A stretch of DNA of 24,439 nt from IMG/VR virus record IMGVR_UViG_3300025536_000039, positions 1 through 24,439 of that record. The stretch is one strand, 5' to 3'. How positions within the stretch are numbered: the stretch's first letter is position 1; each line of letters opens with the position of its first letter. The notes beneath the pieces are model-generated. The model did not search any database, was not told where the DNA came from, and saw only the letters and a program-made list of their open reading frames with translations. Below are positions 23,234 to 24,439 of the stretch, in pieces. This stretch comes from a virus (Duplodnaviria > Caudoviricetes). The translations under genes were made by a program, and so were the position numbers.

Positions 23234-23265
23234 CGTTATCACCACTCATAACCCACGCAAAAATA

Positions 23266-23318
23266 AAGAGCAGAAACCGGCGTGGTAATCGGCTTTCGGA
23301 TGCCTCCTATCCGCTCTT
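23266..23318 (-). promoter_or_regulatory. Structured intergenic RNA element followed by a U-rich tract
   Basis: AAGAGC...GCTCTT closing stem with two internal hairpins, followed by TATTTTT. Confidence 0.4.
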
Positions 23319-23351
23319 GATTGAAAATCCCTGTAAAGTACAAACGAACCA

Positions 23352-23594
23352 TCATCCTGGCTTGGGCTCGCTATTCGGTTTAAACCGCCCACAATCGCGG
23401 TCTTTCAAAAGGCCACCCCAAAACAGCGTATTGCCGTTGCGGTTGCCTAAAGTCGTTAATGCCCTACGCAAGGCCGCGTCACCAGGACGCTTTGCCGCGT
23501 AGGCGCTGAATTCTGTACACTCACCAACGCCGTAGCCATCGCCAACAGCGTCTTTGATAAATTGGGCGCAGTCTCGGCAGGCGACCAACGCCAT
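23352..23594 (-). CDS. Cys-containing hypothetical protein
   Basis: CRDCAQF...G.G.C...RDC..F pattern. Confidence 0.65.
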   Translation of the reverse strand: MALVACRDCAQFIKDAVGDGYGVGECTEFSAYAAKRPGDAALRRALTTLGNRNGNTLFWGGLLKDRDCGRFKPNSEPKPG

Positions 23595-23597
23595 CCG

Positions 23598-23786
23598 TTA
23601 AAGCTCCGTAACTCTGCCCGTTTCGGCCTGGCGCTTGCGGCGCATAAGATCATCTCCCACCACATGGATGCAGTAGCGGATCGCCGACGACTTGGATAAG
23701 CCCAAATCGCCGGAAATCTCGCGCAATAGCGCAAACTCGGCGGCGTTCAACAGCGTCTCTTCGCGGTAGTCGCGCCTGTCGGTCAT
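23598..23786 (-). CDS. Small putative RHH-type DNA-binding protein
   Basis: MTDRRD...LNAAEFALLREI...GLSKSSAIR. Confidence 0.6.
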   Translation of the reverse strand: MTDRRDYREETLLNAAEFALLREISGDLGLSKSSAIRYCIHVVGDDLMRRKRQAETGRVTEL

Positions 23787-23797
23787 GGGCCCCGGCC

Positions 23798-23833
23798 AAA
23801 AAAAGGCCCGGCGCAGCCCATCTGCAGCCGGGC
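23798..23833 (-). terminator. Intrinsic terminator in the early operon
   Basis: GCCCGGCTGCAG-ATGGG-CTGCGCCGGGC hairpin followed by C and seven T on the minus strand. Confidence 0.7.
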
Positions 23834-23965
23834 GAAAAGGGCGCAAGGCCCAGGCTTAACTAACAGGAGAGCAGGCTTGACCGGCCTGCCAGCGGTGAAA
23901 ACAGGCGTAACCCCCATGCTAGAATCAATGCCACCACACAGATCAACTAACACAGGGGTTAAATC

Positions 23966-24172
23966 ATGGACATGCAGCGCGTTCGATCCAGCGCCATTCA
24001 CTCGGTTGGCTATGACGCCGACACTCAACGGCTGCGGATTAAGTTTACAAATTCGCTTAAAAGTTACGACTATTGCCGAGTGCCGATTCATCTCTATCAA
24101 TCCCTCATGGCTGCGTCGTCAAAGGGGGATTTTTACAAGCGTCACATTGATGGTCGCTATCGATGTCCCTGA
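23966..24172 (+). CDS. KTSC-domain protein
   Basis: VRSSAIHSVGYD....L.IKF....Y.Y..VP...Y..LM.A.SKG.FY...I...Y; extended -10 TGCTAGAAT at 23917. Confidence 0.9.
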   Translation: MDMQRVRSSAIHSVGYDADTQRLRIKFTNSLKSYDYCRVPIHLYQSLMAASSKGDFYKRHIDGRYRCP

Positions 24173-24439
24173 TCGTAATGGCCTGGCCGCTCAGCAATTG
24201 CTGGCCCGTTGCCGTATCAGCGCAGTAATGCGCCATCAGCTTATCGATAAGCGCAATCTCGTCGCTGAAATCAGTCGTCCAGGCCAGATCATCTGGCATA
24301 GCGACCAAGTCCGGCCGGTCGGTGATCAAACAATTATTGCTCGACAACAGCGCCAACTGAATTTGCACCAGCATTTGGGCGGCGCGCTCGCACTGGCCGC
24401 ACCCGGCAAGGCTGGCGCGTGGGGGGGCTGGGGGGGCTG
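24105..24439 (-). CDS. Hypothetical protein, may begin beyond the right edge
   Basis: Track ORF 24105..24374 with the frame open upstream; overlaps the KTSC 3' end by 68 nt. Confidence 0.4.
   Translation of the reverse strand, partial: APPAPPRASLAGCGQCERAAQMLVQIQLALLSSNNCLITDRPDLVAMPDDLAWTTDFSDEIALIDKLMAHYCADTATGQQLLSGQAITIRDIDSDHQCDACKNPPLTTQP

Larger units (their letters stand above)
1..24439 (-). mobile_element. Prophage (siphovirus-like tail, Mu-like head and late genes, lambdoid replication genes); both ends lie outside the window
   Basis: Colinear minus-strand order: replication, Mor/C activator, terminase, portal, MuF, protease, capsid, connector, tail tube, chaperones, tape measure. 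No att site, integrase or transposase is visible in the window. Confidence 0.95.

Noticed and set aside
1-24439. Diversity-generating retroelement, invertible cassette, tRNA/rRNA or IS element
   Set aside because: No reverse transcriptase, recombinase, transposase, TR/VR pair or RNA-gene signature was recognisable.

Overview
The whole window is part of a prophage, read almost entirely on the minus strand. From right to left it carries early/replication genes (a lambdoid O-like initiator with internal iterons, a P-position gene, SSB, HNH), a Mor/C-family late activator, two small membrane proteins, terminase, a Mu-like head module (DUF935 portal, MuF, G-like, protease/scaffold, cement, major capsid, gp36-like, gp37-like) and a non-contractile tail (tube, frameshifted chaperones, 5' part of the tape measure). 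Accessory genes on the opposite strand are a single-chain Type IIG-like R-M enzyme, hicAB, higBA (toxin start codon apparently ATG>AGG), a KTSC protein and a 48-aa membrane protein. The most unusual observations are: (i) a three-gene block between the capsid and connector genes, including a TIGR03790-like protein without a signal peptide and a LamG-like protein (candidate head-spike system); (ii) three copies of a 21-bp late-promoter box at fixed spacing from a -10 element, two of them apparently driving leaderless mRNAs; (iii) six GTAG-type REP doublets (REPINs) of four families, one nested and tandemly amplified; (iv) a MuF polymorphic-toxin-like locus with an HExxH tip and remnants of older tips. 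All family assignments come from motif recognition by eye, not database searches.
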